Below are positions 37,858 through 47,777 of a stretch of DNA of 64,000 nucleotides, in pieces; positions within the stretch are counted from its first letter, which is position 1; each line of letters starts with the position of its first letter. The stretch lies in NCBI GenBank assembly GCA_963741955.1, contig CAVUKB010000007.1, positions 320,001-384,000 of the forward strand, in the 5' to 3' direction. The notes beneath the pieces are model-generated. The model did no database searches and was not told the DNA's origin. It saw only the letters and a program-made list of their open reading frames with translations. Source of the DNA: an uncultured Acidobacteriota bacterium. GTDB taxonomy: Bacteria; Acidobacteriota; Thermoanaerobaculia; Gp7-AA8. Position numbers and translations under genes: made by a program.

Positions 37858-38448
37858 ATGCCGAAGACGCTCGAAGAACTGCTCGCGGACATCGAGAAGA
37901 GTGGAATCGTGTCGCAGATGGTCGTTCTCGGCTGTGGTAAACGAGCGGTGGGAGACGACGCAGCAGGGCGGCGGGTGGTGGAGTCGCTCCGCGAACGTGA
38001 CGAGACGATCGACTGCCGGACGTTCGGCGGAGAGCTGTTCGAACTGCTGGAGCTCTATCGAGCGGGACACCCGCTCTTCATCCTCGACGCGATGCGCACT
38101 GCGGCGCATCCCGGGACCCTCCTTCTGACCCGCGGACCGACGACCCACGCCCGCCTGCGGAACATTGGCGGCGAGAAGACCGACTGGAATCTGGACGGGA
38201 TCGCGGGTCTGGCCAAAGACCTCGGGTACACGATTCCTCCACTCTGGATCATGGGAATCGAAGGGAGCTCCGCATCCGGAGAACTGACTCCCGAGGTCTC
38301 GCGCGCGGTGGATTTCGTGGTCGAGAACTTCGATGCTCTGCGCGCCGTCGCGTTCGCGCTCGAACCTGGCGATCCGCCGGTGATCCTGAGGCCTCCGGCC
38401 TGGGAGCTGCCGCCGATCCGGGTCGATTGGGGGCCGGTGCACGCCTGA
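37858..38448 (+). CDS. Hydrogenase maturation protease (peptidase A31)-like protein, divergent
   Basis: VVLGCGKRAVGDDAAGRRVVESL (compare GxGN...GDDGxG), FILDAM...PGT, IMGIE, LTPEVSRAV; SD GGAGG. Confidence 0.72.
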   Translation: MPKTLEELLADIEKSGIVSQMVVLGCGKRAVGDDAAGRRVVESLRERDETIDCRTFGGELFELLELYRAGHPLFILDAMRTAAHPGTLLLTRGPTTHARLRNIGGEKTDWNLDGIAGLAKDLGYTIPPLWIMGIEGSSASGELTPEVSRAVDFVVENFDALRAVAFALEPGDPPVILRPPAWELPPIRVDWGPVHA

Positions 38449-38539
38449 GAGCCGCTCGGCCCACCAGACGCAACGCAGCAGTTCGCGACGCGAAAGAACC
38501 CTCAGCCGGGACGACGCCCGGAGTCCCCGGGATTGGTGA

Positions 38540-41500
38540 TCACGATTCGATCAGGGCACGAAGCTGGCGAGTCGCGACTGTGAGTGCCGAAAGATCGATC
38601 GCCGGAATGGTCCGGAGCTCGTTGAGCATCTGGTCCGTCCGGGTCGTCACGTCATGGCGTGTGGCGAGCCAATGGTCGATCGCTTCCCCGTTGGCTCCCT
38701 TCTTCGACCCCTGCAGCACGCGTGCGGCGAGGACGCTCTGGTAGTTGAAGAGGTCGTCGATGACCCCGGAGATGGCCGCCTTCTGCCACGGAGTGTCCGT
38801 GACGATCGACTCGGCGGCCGCCCGGAGGCGGTCGAATCCGAATCGCGGTCCCAAGGCGAAATAGATCTTGCCGACCTGCTCGATCGGCTGTCCCGATTCG
38901 TGCGCGATGTGGACGATGTCGAGGAACGAGCTCGCCACGTCGACGCTTCCGATGCGACGGGCGAGAGCGGAGGGAACCCCGAGCTCCTCCAACTCGCGGA
39001 TCTTCGCGGTGAGAGTCTCGATCTCGCCGGCCGAGAGAATCGAATCGAGCTGAGACTGCAGCGTCGCGATTCCTGGGCGGTACTCCGCCTCGAGCGTCGA
39101 GACGTCGAGGGTGACCCCTCCCTTGAGGAACCATCGGGTCGCCCGCTCCACCAGCTGACCCGCTTCGAGCAGCATCCGCAGTTGCAGCTCGGCCGGGATC
39201 AGATTGTCCAGCGATTCGATGTCGCCGTAGATCGAGCGGAGCTCGAAGCAGTTGCGGACGATCGCGTATGCGCGTGCAATGTCGACGGACGTGCGTCCGG
39301 TCTCTTCACTCAACTGAGTGACGAAGGTCGGCCCGACCCGGTTGACCATGTTGTTGGTCACGAACGTCGCGATGATCTCGCGGTTCAACCGGTGCCTGAG
39401 GATCGCGTCGGGATAACGCTCGCGGAGCTGAGGCGGGAAATAGTGGATCAGATCTTCGTGAAGGAGCGGGTCGTCGGGAAGATCGGAGCCGAGAAGGTCC
39501 TGATAGAGGGCGATCTTCGAATAGGCGAGGAGAACCGCGATCTCCGGCCGGGTGAGGCCGGTGTGGGCCGCGTGCCTCTCGACGATCACTTCGTCATCCG
39601 GGAGAAACTCGAGTCCTCTGTCGAGTTTCCCGGCACGCTCGAGTGATCGCATCAGTCTCGCCTGGGCATCGAGCATCCCGACTCCGGGCGCGGCGGCGAT
39701 GCTGATCGCCTGGGTCTGCTGGTAATTGTCGCGAAGCACGAGCTCTGCGACCGCGCTGGTCATTTCCGCGAGGACCTCGAGGCGCTGTTCGCCGGTCAGT
39801 CCGCCGCGGCGGACCAACTCGTCGAGCAGGATCTTGATGTTCACCTCATGGTCCGACGTGTCGACTCCGGCCGAATTGTCGATGGCGTCGTTGTTGATCT
39901 TTCCGCCGCCGAGCGCGAACTCGATCCGGGCGCGTTGAGTGCAGCCGAGGTTCGCCCCTTCACCGACGACCTTGACGCGCAACTCGGGAGCATCGACCCG
40001 GAGAGCATCATTGGCGCGATCGCGAGCGTCCGCGTCGGTCTCGTCCGAGGCCTTCACGTACGTGCCGATGCCGCCGAGCCAGAGGAGATCGGCCCGTGCA
40101 CGAAGGATCGCCTGAACCAGCTCGTTCGGCGTGACTTGCGGCTTCGGCAGATCGAAGCGCTCCATCACCTGGGGAGAGATGTTGATCAGTTTTGCTTTCC
40201 GGTCGAATACGGCGCCGCCGGGAGAGAGGAGAGAGGGGTCGTAGTCGCTCCAGCTCGACCGCGGCAGCTCGAAGAGTCGCTTCCGCTCCTCGAAGCTCCG
40301 GCGGGGATCGGGATCGGGATCGACGAAGATGTGGAGATGATTGAACGCCCCGATCAGGCGGGTGTGCTCGGAGAGGAGCATCCCATTGCCGAAGACATCA
40401 CCCGACATGTCGCCCACTCCGACGCAGGTGAAGTTCTGCGTCTGGATGTCGCGACCGAGCTCACGGAAGTGGCGTTTCACCGCCTCCCATGCGCCGCGGG
40501 CGGTGATGCCCATCTTCTTGTGGTCGTATCCGGCGGAACCGCCGGAGGCGAATGCGTCACCCAGCCAGAAGTCGTACTCGGCCGAGATCCCGTTCGCAAT
40601 GTCGGAGAACGTGGCGGTCCCCTTGTCCGCGGCGACGACCAGGTAGATGTCGTCGGCGTCACGGAGGCGGACGTTCGGCGGATGGACCACCCGGCCGTCG
40701 ACGATGTTGTCGGTCAGGTCGAGGAGCCCGCGGATGAAGTTCTGGTAGCAGGCGATTCCTTCTTTCAGGAAGGCCTCGCGGTCCCCCGGAGACGGGGCCT
40801 GTTTGAGAACGAATCCTCCCTTCGAGCCGACCGGCACGATCACGGTGTTCTTCACCGTCTGCGCTTTCATCAGCCCGAGGATCTCGGTGCGGAAGTCCTC
40901 CGGCCGGTCCGACCAGCGGATGCCGCCGCGGGCGACCATCCCACCGCGGAGGTGGACTCCCTCGAATCGCGGTGAATAGACGAAGATCTCGAACAGCGGT
41001 CGCGGGAGCGGCAGCTCGGTCAGGTCGCGGCTGGAGATCTTGATCGAAAGGTACGCTTTCCGGAGTCCGGCGGCGTCAGGCTGGTAGTAGTTCGTGCGGA
41101 CGGTCGAGTCGATCGCATTGAGGTAGCGCCGGATGATCCGGTCCTCGTCGAGATTGGTCACGCTCTCGAGCTTCCGGAGGATCTCACCGCGGATCTGGTC
41201 GGCACGCTCGTCCCCTTCTCCGGCCCGCGCGGGATCGAAGAGCGATTCGAACAGCTCGACCAGAAGGCAGGCGATCTCGGCGTGGTTCGCCATGGTCCTC
41301 TGCATGTAGGCCTGACTGAAGCTGATCCCGGTCTGACGGAGGTACTTGCAGTAAGTCCGGAGGACGACCACCTGCTGCCACTCCAGATCCGCGAGGGTGA
41401 TCAGCCGGTTGAAGCCGTCGTCTTCCGTTTCGTTGTGCCAGATTCGGAGGAACGCTTCCTCGAAATTCGGTTTCACCTGCTCGACGTCGAGTGCCTGCTG

Positions 41501-43354
41501 CTCTTCGACGAACGCGAAGTCGCGGATGCGCACCGGTTCCGGCGCGCCGGTGGGGCGGACCTCGAACGGCTCTGCGAGCTCCACCCTCAGCCCGAGGTTC
41601 TCCAGGCGCGGCACGATGTCGGAGAGCGAAAGAGGAGAGCCGCGGTGCATGAACTTGCAGCGGATCCCCTTGGCCGGGCCGTTCTCGTCGTACAGATCCA
41701 CCACCAGCTCGCTGGTTTCGAGGACCTTCTCGATGTTCCCGATGTCGTGAACCGCTTCCTCTGCGGCGAAACGTTCGCGATAACCGGCGGGGAACGCGTC
41801 ACGGTAACGGCGATGGATCTCGATCCCGGCCTCCTCACCGTGGACGCGAATCAGAGCATCGCGAAGGTGATCGCTCCAGGTCCGTGCCGCTTCGGCAATC
41901 TGTGCCTCCAGCAGTTTCGCATCGACTTCCGGGACCTCACCCGGCGAAGTCTTGATGATGTAGTGCGCCCGCGCCAGCGGTGACTCGGAGAGTTGGGCGT
42001 ACGCGGCGGTGGCGATTCCGTTGAATGCGCGCTCGAGAATGTCCTGGATCCGCTCGCGGACGTCGGCGTCGAAGCGGTCGCGCGGGATGTAGACGAGACA
42101 GGAGACGAAACGCTCGAAGACGTCCTGCCGCACGAACAGAGCAATCCTCAGACGCTCCTGGAGCTGGAGGATGCCGAGACTGGTGTTGTACAGCTGGTCG
42201 TCGTCCATTTGGAAGACTTCGTCGCGCGGGAGGGTCTCCAGGATGGCCGCGAGCGCCTTCCCGTCGTGGGAGGTCGGCGAGAGCCCGGCCCTTTCCAGCA
42301 CCCGTCGTGCTTTGTGGCGGAGCAGCGGGATCTGTTTGACGCTGCGGCTGTACGCTCCGGAAGTGAACAGACCGAGGAACCGGTCCTCGCCGATCACGTT
42401 ACCCTGATCGTCGAACCGCTTCACGCTGATCCGATCCATGTGTACGGGGCGATGGACGGTGCTGCGTGTATTGGCTTTGGCGACGACGAGAAGCTCTTTT
42501 CGATGTGCGAAGTGCCGCAGTTCCTGCGGGAACGGCGCGTTGCTGCGGTTCGCCGATTCCGGCCTGATGGCGCGAAGGACTCCGAGACTCGAATCGCGAT
42601 CCAGCTCCAGCCGCTCCTCTCCTCCGGTCGTGGTGAAGTGGTACCGGCGGTAACCGAGATAGACGAAGTGATCGTCATCGAGCCAGCGGAGGAACTCCAT
42701 CGCCTCGGCGATCTCTTCGAGCGGAAGTGGCGGCTTGGTTCGATTGAGCTCCTCGAGCACTTCACGCAACTTCATCCGCATCGACTGCCAGTCGGCCACC
42801 GCGGTCCGGACGTCGGAGAGGACCTTCTCGATACACTCGCGCGTCTTGCCGATGTCACTTTCGGACGTCACCTGGTCGAGCTCGACGTGAATGTAGGATT
42901 CACTGATGACCTGACCCTCCGTGGACGCGGTGTCGATGCGTCGTCCGGAGGAGTCGCGCCGGACCTGGACGATCGGATGGATCAGGACATGGATGTTCCG
43001 TTCGGAGAGATTCAGTTCCGCGGCGATCGAATCGACCAGGAACGGCATGTCGTCGTTCACGATCTCGAGAACGGTGTGCTCTGAGGTCCAGCCTTCCCGC
43101 TCGAGCGCCGGGTTGTAGAGGTGGATGTTCGGAGTGCCGGGGATGCGCTCGGCACCCAACCTCCAGAGCGACAGTGCGCTTTCGACCAGCACGTCGGGAG
43201 GGGTGTAGAGCATGTCGTCGGGAGCGACGAGCGCGTAGTATCGCCGGACGAACTCGGATGCTGCATCGGCGATTGCGGGATCGACGCGACGTCGCGCTTC
43301 CGCGGCCAGACGTTCGATCAACTCGGCTTTTCTCGGTTCTTCACTCGGTTTCAC
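38540..43354 (-). CDS. gdhB: Large NAD-specific glutamate dehydrogenase
   Basis: 1,604 aa; DMPFLVDSI, ARGGIRWSDRPEDFRTEILGLMKAQ, YLVVAADKGTATFSD, GYDHKKMGITARGAWE, GVGDMSGDVFGNG, DNSAGVDTSDHEVNIKI. Confidence 0.96.
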   Translation of the reverse strand: MKPSEEPRKAELIERLAAEARRRVDPAIADAASEFVRRYYALVAPDDMLYTPPDVLVESALSLWRLGAERIPGTPNIHLYNPALEREGWTSEHTVLEIVNDDMPFLVDSIAAELNLSERNIHVLIHPIVQVRRDSSGRRIDTASTEGQVISESYIHVELDQVTSESDIGKTRECIEKVLSDVRTAVADWQSMRMKLREVLEELNRTKPPLPLEEIAEAMEFLRWLDDDHFVYLGYRRYHFTTTGGEERLELDRDSSLGVLRAIRPESANRSNAPFPQELRHFAHRKELLVVAKANTRSTVHRPVHMDRISVKRFDDQGNVIGEDRFLGLFTSGAYSRSVKQIPLLRHKARRVLERAGLSPTSHDGKALAAILETLPRDEVFQMDDDQLYNTSLGILQLQERLRIALFVRQDVFERFVSCLVYIPRDRFDADVRERIQDILERAFNGIATAAYAQLSESPLARAHYIIKTSPGEVPEVDAKLLEAQIAEAARTWSDHLRDALIRVHGEEAGIEIHRRYRDAFPAGYRERFAAEEAVHDIGNIEKVLETSELVVDLYDENGPAKGIRCKFMHRGSPLSLSDIVPRLENLGLRVELAEPFEVRPTGAPEPVRIRDFAFVEEQQALDVEQVKPNFEEAFLRIWHNETEDDGFNRLITLADLEWQQVVVLRTYCKYLRQTGISFSQAYMQRTMANHAEIACLLVELFESLFDPARAGEGDERADQIRGEILRKLESVTNLDEDRIIRRYLNAIDSTVRTNYYQPDAAGLRKAYLSIKISSRDLTELPLPRPLFEIFVYSPRFEGVHLRGGMVARGGIRWSDRPEDFRTEILGLMKAQTVKNTVIVPVGSKGGFVLKQAPSPGDREAFLKEGIACYQNFIRGLLDLTDNIVDGRVVHPPNVRLRDADDIYLVVAADKGTATFSDIANGISAEYDFWLGDAFASGGSAGYDHKKMGITARGAWEAVKRHFRELGRDIQTQNFTCVGVGDMSGDVFGNGMLLSEHTRLIGAFNHLHIFVDPDPDPRRSFEERKRLFELPRSSWSDYDPSLLSPGGAVFDRKAKLINISPQVMERFDLPKPQVTPNELVQAILRARADLLWLGGIGTYVKASDETDADARDRANDALRVDAPELRVKVVGEGANLGCTQRARIEFALGGGKINNDAIDNSAGVDTSDHEVNIKILLDELVRRGGLTGEQRLEVLAEMTSAVAELVLRDNYQQTQAISIAAAPGVGMLDAQARLMRSLERAGKLDRGLEFLPDDEVIVERHAAHTGLTRPEIAVLLAYSKIALYQDLLGSDLPDDPLLHEDLIHYFPPQLRERYPDAILRHRLNREIIATFVTNNMVNRVGPTFVTQLSEETGRTSVDIARAYAIVRNCFELRSIYGDIESLDNLIPAELQLRMLLEAGQLVERATRWFLKGGVTLDVSTLEAEYRPGIATLQSQLDSILSAGEIETLTAKIRELEELGVPSALARRIGSVDVASSFLDIVHIAHESGQPIEQVGKIYFALGPRFGFDRLRAAAESIVTDTPWQKAAISGVIDDLFNYQSVLAARVLQGSKKGANGEAIDHWLATRHDVTTRTDQMLNELRTIPAIDLSALTVATRQLRALIES

Positions 43355-43564
43355 GAGAGGTCTCCTCGCTCGGGAGTTTCCGCACGTTTCCTGCGCGGCA
43401 GTCGAATGGTTTTGAGAGGGCCGTGAGTCGGGAGCGGATTTCCCGTTTCAACTCTCGCTCGGTCGTCCTGCCACCTGGCATTGCGGGTCCGCACGCTCAA
43501 CGCGATGGATAGCGTACCACAAGGAAAACGGCGAAGGAGCACCGCTTTCCGAAGGGTGACCGCC

Positions 43565-44389
43565 TCATTTCAGCGCCGCGTTTCCGAGCTCTTTCGATCG
43601 CTTCGTCGCCGCTTCCACTGCATCGATCAGCGTGGTTCTCACACCGCCTCGTTCCAGGATGTGCAGGCCTGTGATCGCGGTTCCTCCGGGCGAAGTGACC
43701 ATGTCCTTGAGCAGCCCCGGATGCTCGTTCGTCTCGATCAGGAGCTTCGCCGCCCCGAGGACCGTCTGCGCCGCCAGCATCTGGGCGGTCCGGCGCGAGA
43801 GGCCGACCTTCACCCCCGCATCGCCGAGCGCTTCGATGATCAGAAAAACATAGGCGGGGCCGGAGCCGGAGAGCCCTGTGACCGCGTCGAGCTGACTCTC
43901 CTCGAGGATGATCGTCGTCCCGACAGCGTCGAAGATCCGTTTGGCGGCGGCGAGGTCATCCGGAGTGGCGTGCTCGCCTCCCGCGATCGCGGTTGCACCG
44001 GCATCGACGAGCGCTGGAGTGTTCGGCATCGCACGAACGATTCTCGTCCCGGGACGGACCCGGCTCTCCACCGCTTCGATGGGAAAGCCGGCGGCGATCG
44101 TGATCACCAGCGCGTCGGAAGGGATCAGCGTCCCGATCTGGTCGAGAACGCGCGACATGATCTGCGGCTTGACCGCGAGGATCACGATCTCGGCATCCCG
44201 GATCGCTTCGGGATTGCTGTTCGAGGTTCGGATGCCGTACTTCGCCTTCAACTCGTCGATACGCTCGACGCGTGGCCCGGAGGCGAAGATCTCCTCGGGT
44301 GTGGAGTGACCCCCGGCGAGGAGACCGCGAATGAGCGCCTCGGCCATGTTGCCGGCTCCGACCAGCGCGATCCTCTTGTTGATCTGCAT
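43565..44389 (-). CDS. proC: Pyrroline-5-carboxylate reductase
   Basis: GAGNMAEA, LAVKPQ, RAMPNTP, TGLSGSGPAY, VTSPGGTAI. Confidence 0.96.
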   Translation of the reverse strand: MQINKRIALVGAGNMAEALIRGLLAGGHSTPEEIFASGPRVERIDELKAKYGIRTSNSNPEAIRDAEIVILAVKPQIMSRVLDQIGTLIPSDALVITIAAGFPIEAVESRVRPGTRIVRAMPNTPALVDAGATAIAGGEHATPDDLAAAKRIFDAVGTTIILEESQLDAVTGLSGSGPAYVFLIIEALGDAGVKVGLSRRTAQMLAAQTVLGAAKLLIETNEHPGLLKDMVTSPGGTAITGLHILERGGVRTTLIDAVEAATKRSKELGNAALK

Positions 44390-44521
44390 ACCATTCTCCC
44401 TCAGATCGAAGTTCTGAATGCCGTGCTCGGAGCGGCGGAGAATATCAGGAGCCGGAGGCATTCCCCAACCGCGGGATGACCGCGGTTCTCCGGACGGTTA
44501 CGGGAAGCGAAAGAGAGCGGA

Positions 44522-46345
44522 TTGGAACCGGACAAGAAGAAAAGAGTACGGCTGGACGTGGTCTGGCGCGAAGCGCGCGAGCTGATATGGGCGCGACGGA
44601 AGCGGCTCGCCGCCGGATTCGGCCTGATGCTCGTGAGCAGGATGGCGTCTCTGGTTCTCCCCGCGACGTCGAAGTACCTGATCGACGACGTGATCGGGAA
44701 ACAGCAGCACCATCTCCTCCCCTGGCTCGCGGCGGCCGCAGGCGGTGCGACGCTGCTCCAGGCGATCTCCTCGTTCTCGCTGTCTCAGGTTCTGGGAATC
44801 ACCGCCCAACAGTCGATCACCGAAATGCGGAGGCAGGTGCAGAGACACGTGGCCCGTCTGCCGGTATCGTATTTCGACGCCACGAAATCGGGTGTGCTGG
44901 TCTCGCGGATCATGACCGATGCGGAGGGAATCCGAAATCTGGTCGGGACGGGACTGGTGCAGCTGGCCGGCGGATTCGTCACCGCCGCTGCGGCATTCGT
45001 GGTCCTCCTCACCCTGAACTGGCAGCTGACGCTCGCGACCGTCACGGCCCTGGCGCTGTACGGAGGAGGGCTGTTCCTCGCGCTGAGGAAGATCCGGCCG
45101 CTGTTCAGGGAGCGCGGAAACATCAACGCGGAAGTGACCGGACGACTGGCGGAAAGTCTCGGCGGGATCCGGGTGGTCAAAGCCTATGCGGCGGAGAGAC
45201 GGGAGGAGCTGGTGTTCGCGCGTGGCGTGCATTCGCTGCTGCGGAATGTGGCGAAGACTGTGACGTCCGTCTCTGCACTCGGTTCGGTAACCACCATCTT
45301 CGTCGGCATGATCAGCGTGCTGATCATGATCGTCGGCGGCAAAGCGATCTTCGCCGGCACGATGACTCTCGGCGACTTCGTGATGTACGTCTTCTTCACC
45401 GGACTCCTCGCCGGACCTCTGATGACGATCGCATCGATCGGTACACAGATGATGGAGGCGTTCGCCGGACTCGATCGGATTCGAGAGGTCCTTGGCGAGA
45501 CGACCGAAGAGGAGTTCGATCGAGGAAAGCGGCCGGTGAAGGGCATACGAGGCGAGGTCACGTTCGAAAACGTCGGATTCGAATACCGCGCCGGAGTCCC
45601 GGTTCTCGAGGAGATCTCCTTTCGTGCGGCGAAGGGAACGACCACTGCACTGGTGGGACCGAGCGGATCGGGGAAGAGCACTCTGCTCGGCCTGGTCATG
45701 GCGTTCCACCAGCCGAAAGAAGGGATCATTCGAATCGACGGGCAGCCGCTGCGCGAGCTGCGCCTGCGCGAATACCGCTCGCACCTCGGGATCGTCCTGC
45801 AGGAGAACTTCCTGTTCGACGGCACCATCGCCGAGAACATCCGCTATGGCCACGCGGGAGCGACGATGGACGAGATCCGGCGGGTGGCGGCGATCGCGCA
45901 CGTCGACGAGTTCGTCGATCCCCTCGCCGAGACGTACCAGACGATCGTCGGAGAGAGGGGGATCAAACTCTCGGGAGGGCAGCGTCAGAGGATCGCGATC
46001 GCGCGGGCGATACTGGCCGATCCGGCAATCCTGATCCTCGACGAGGCGACCTCCAGTCTCGACAGCGAGAGCGAAGCGCTGATCCAGGATGGATTGCGGT
46101 CCTTGCGCAGAGGCCGCACGACGTTCGTCATCGCGCACCGCCTTTCGACCATCCGGAGCGCCGATCAGATCCTGGTTCTCGAGAAGGGAAGGATCGTGGA
46201 GAGAGGGACGCACGCGGAGCTTCTCGGACTCCACGGGCGTTACCGCCAGCTCTACGACCGGCAGTACGACTTCGAGCACGACCGCTACATCAATCCTGGT
46301 GAAGAGCTGAAAGAGACTTCCGAGATCGACGGCGTGATGTCGTGA
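44522..46345 (+). CDS. ABC exporter, fused permease and ATPase (MsbA/Sav1866-like)
   Basis: N-terminal TM domain; Walker A GPSGSGKST, LSGGQRQ, ILDEATSSLD, IAHRLST. TTG start uncertain. Confidence 0.94.
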   Translation: MEPDKKKRVRLDVVWREARELIWARRKRLAAGFGLMLVSRMASLVLPATSKYLIDDVIGKQQHHLLPWLAAAAGGATLLQAISSFSLSQVLGITAQQSITEMRRQVQRHVARLPVSYFDATKSGVLVSRIMTDAEGIRNLVGTGLVQLAGGFVTAAAAFVVLLTLNWQLTLATVTALALYGGGLFLALRKIRPLFRERGNINAEVTGRLAESLGGIRVVKAYAAERREELVFARGVHSLLRNVAKTVTSVSALGSVTTIFVGMISVLIMIVGGKAIFAGTMTLGDFVMYVFFTGLLAGPLMTIASIGTQMMEAFAGLDRIREVLGETTEEEFDRGKRPVKGIRGEVTFENVGFEYRAGVPVLEEISFRAAKGTTTALVGPSGSGKSTLLGLVMAFHQPKEGIIRIDGQPLRELRLREYRSHLGIVLQENFLFDGTIAENIRYGHAGATMDEIRRVAAIAHVDEFVDPLAETYQTIVGERGIKLSGGQRQRIAIARAILADPAILILDEATSSLDSESEALIQDGLRSLRRGRTTFVIAHRLSTIRSADQILVLEKGRIVERGTHAELLGLHGRYRQLYDRQYDFEHDRYINPGEELKETSEIDGVMS

Positions 46346-46579
46346 GTCTGCGAGATTCCGGCGAGCCCGCTTGGGTTCTGCCGCATGGCGAAGCGCGGCA
46401 CGGCTTTCGCCGTGCCGGCCGCGGCGGCAGCCGCGGCGCCCCTCGGCGCGCGAAGGACGCGTCTTCCTTGGGGTGTGGACGCGAAGCGTCGGTGATTCTT
46501 GCGAGGCGCTCCGCTTCTGCCGAGGACGCGGGGGGGTACTGGGGTCGCGCGCGTGCCGTGATGCGCGCGGCGGATTGCG

Positions 46580-46640
46580 AATTCGCACTCCACCCGCCGA
46601 ATGTGATCTCGCCGAGGAGTGCGGACTCGCAGTCCGCTCG
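46580..46640. repeat. REP-like inverted pair in a GC-rich palindromic intergenic region
   Basis: GCGGATTGCGAATTCGCACTCC ... GGAGTGCGGACTCGCAGTCCGC (about 46569-46638). Confidence 0.5.
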
Positions 46641-46713
46641 TGATTCTTCACCGGCACTCCTGACCCCCGCGTTATACTGACCTCTCGCCACAATTTGCGA
46701 AGGAGGTCCCGGC

Positions 46714-47175
46714 ATGACGATCTCTCCTCAGCCCGAGAATCCCCGACCGCGCGGATGCTGGTCGCGTCATTGGAAGTGGGCAGTCCCGGTGGGCTGCCTG
46801 ATCGTGGTGATCCTCGCCGCAGCCGCGGTTGGTGGCCTGGTTCTCGCGCTCGCCAGCTCGTTCAAGTCGTCCGATGTGTACAAGATGGCGATGACTCAGC
46901 TCCGGCACAATGCTTCCGCAGTCGAGCACCTCGGCGAGCCGATCGATCCGGGATGGTGGGTCTCCGGAAGCATGAATGTGAACGGCGCGTCGGGCTCGGC
47001 GGACCTCGAGATCCCGGTGCATGGACCGAAAGACTCCGGGAAGCTGTATCTCGAAGCGGAAAAGCACGCCGGACAATGGACGTTCAAGAGCCTGCGGGTT
47101 CAGTTCGACAAGGGAGGGAGCGTCGACCTCATGGAGACCTCACACCAGGTGAGCGGGGAGAAACTGCAGCTGTGA
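46714..47175 (+). CDS. Cytochrome c oxidase assembly factor Coa1-family protein
   Basis: WSRHWKWAVPVGCL, one TM helix, KSSDVYKMAM...LGEPIDPGWWVSGSMNVNGASGSADLEIPVHGPKDSGKLY...GQWTF; SD AAGGAGG. Confidence 0.82.
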   Translation: MTISPQPENPRPRGCWSRHWKWAVPVGCLIVVILAAAAVGGLVLALASSFKSSDVYKMAMTQLRHNASAVEHLGEPIDPGWWVSGSMNVNGASGSADLEIPVHGPKDSGKLYLEAEKHAGQWTFKSLRVQFDKGGSVDLMETSHQVSGEKLQL

Positions 47176-47221
47176 CCCTTCGTCGATGATTCTCGATCCT
47201 CGATGCGAAAAGGGGGACGCG

Positions 47222-47752
47222 ATGAGCGATGCGGAAGTGCTGCGGACGCAGCTGCGCGAATTCCGGAGATTGAAAGATCTGGCGGAACGAGCCATGGCTC
47301 AGGTGGACGACGAAGGCTTCTTCGAGACGTTGAACGACGGGGACAACAGTATCGCCGCCATCGTGAAGCACGTGGCCGGAAACCTCCGATCGCGCTGGCG
47401 AGACTTCCTGACCACGGATGGAGAAAAGCCGGATCGGAACCGCGAGGGAGAGTTCGAGATCAGTGCCGCGGACCATCGGGCTTCACTGACCGAACAATGG
47501 GAGAGCGGCTGGCGTTTTCTCTTCCAGGCACTGGAGCCACTCGGCTCCGGCGATCTCGATCGGACGGTCACCATCCGCGGGGAGCCGCTCACCGTACTGC
47601 AGGCGACGCAACGCCAGCTGACCCACTACGCGTATCACATCGGACAGATCGTCCTTCTCGCGAAGCACCGCGCGGGTGATCGGTGGGTGACTCTGAGCAT
47701 CGCCCGAGGAAAGTCGGCCGAATTCAACCGCGATCCGGCGAAGTATCTCTGA
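47222..47752 (+). CDS. DUF1572 / DinB-superfamily protein
   Basis: NSIAAIVKHVAGNLRSRWRDFLTTDGEKPDRNREGEF; RQLTHYAYHIGQIV; WVTLSIARGKS. Confidence 0.9.
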   Translation: MSDAEVLRTQLREFRRLKDLAERAMAQVDDEGFFETLNDGDNSIAAIVKHVAGNLRSRWRDFLTTDGEKPDRNREGEFEISAADHRASLTEQWESGWRFLFQALEPLGSGDLDRTVTIRGEPLTVLQATQRQLTHYAYHIGQIVLLAKHRAGDRWVTLSIARGKSAEFNRDPAKYL

Positions 47753-47777
47753 GCCGCGTCGCGGCAACGGAGACGTA

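Noticed and set aside
43355-43560. Riboswitch in the long gdhB leader (also checked 51180-51395 and 58262-58650)
   Set aside because: Hairpins are present, but I could not match any known riboswitch consensus by eye; an Infernal/Rfam scan would be needed.
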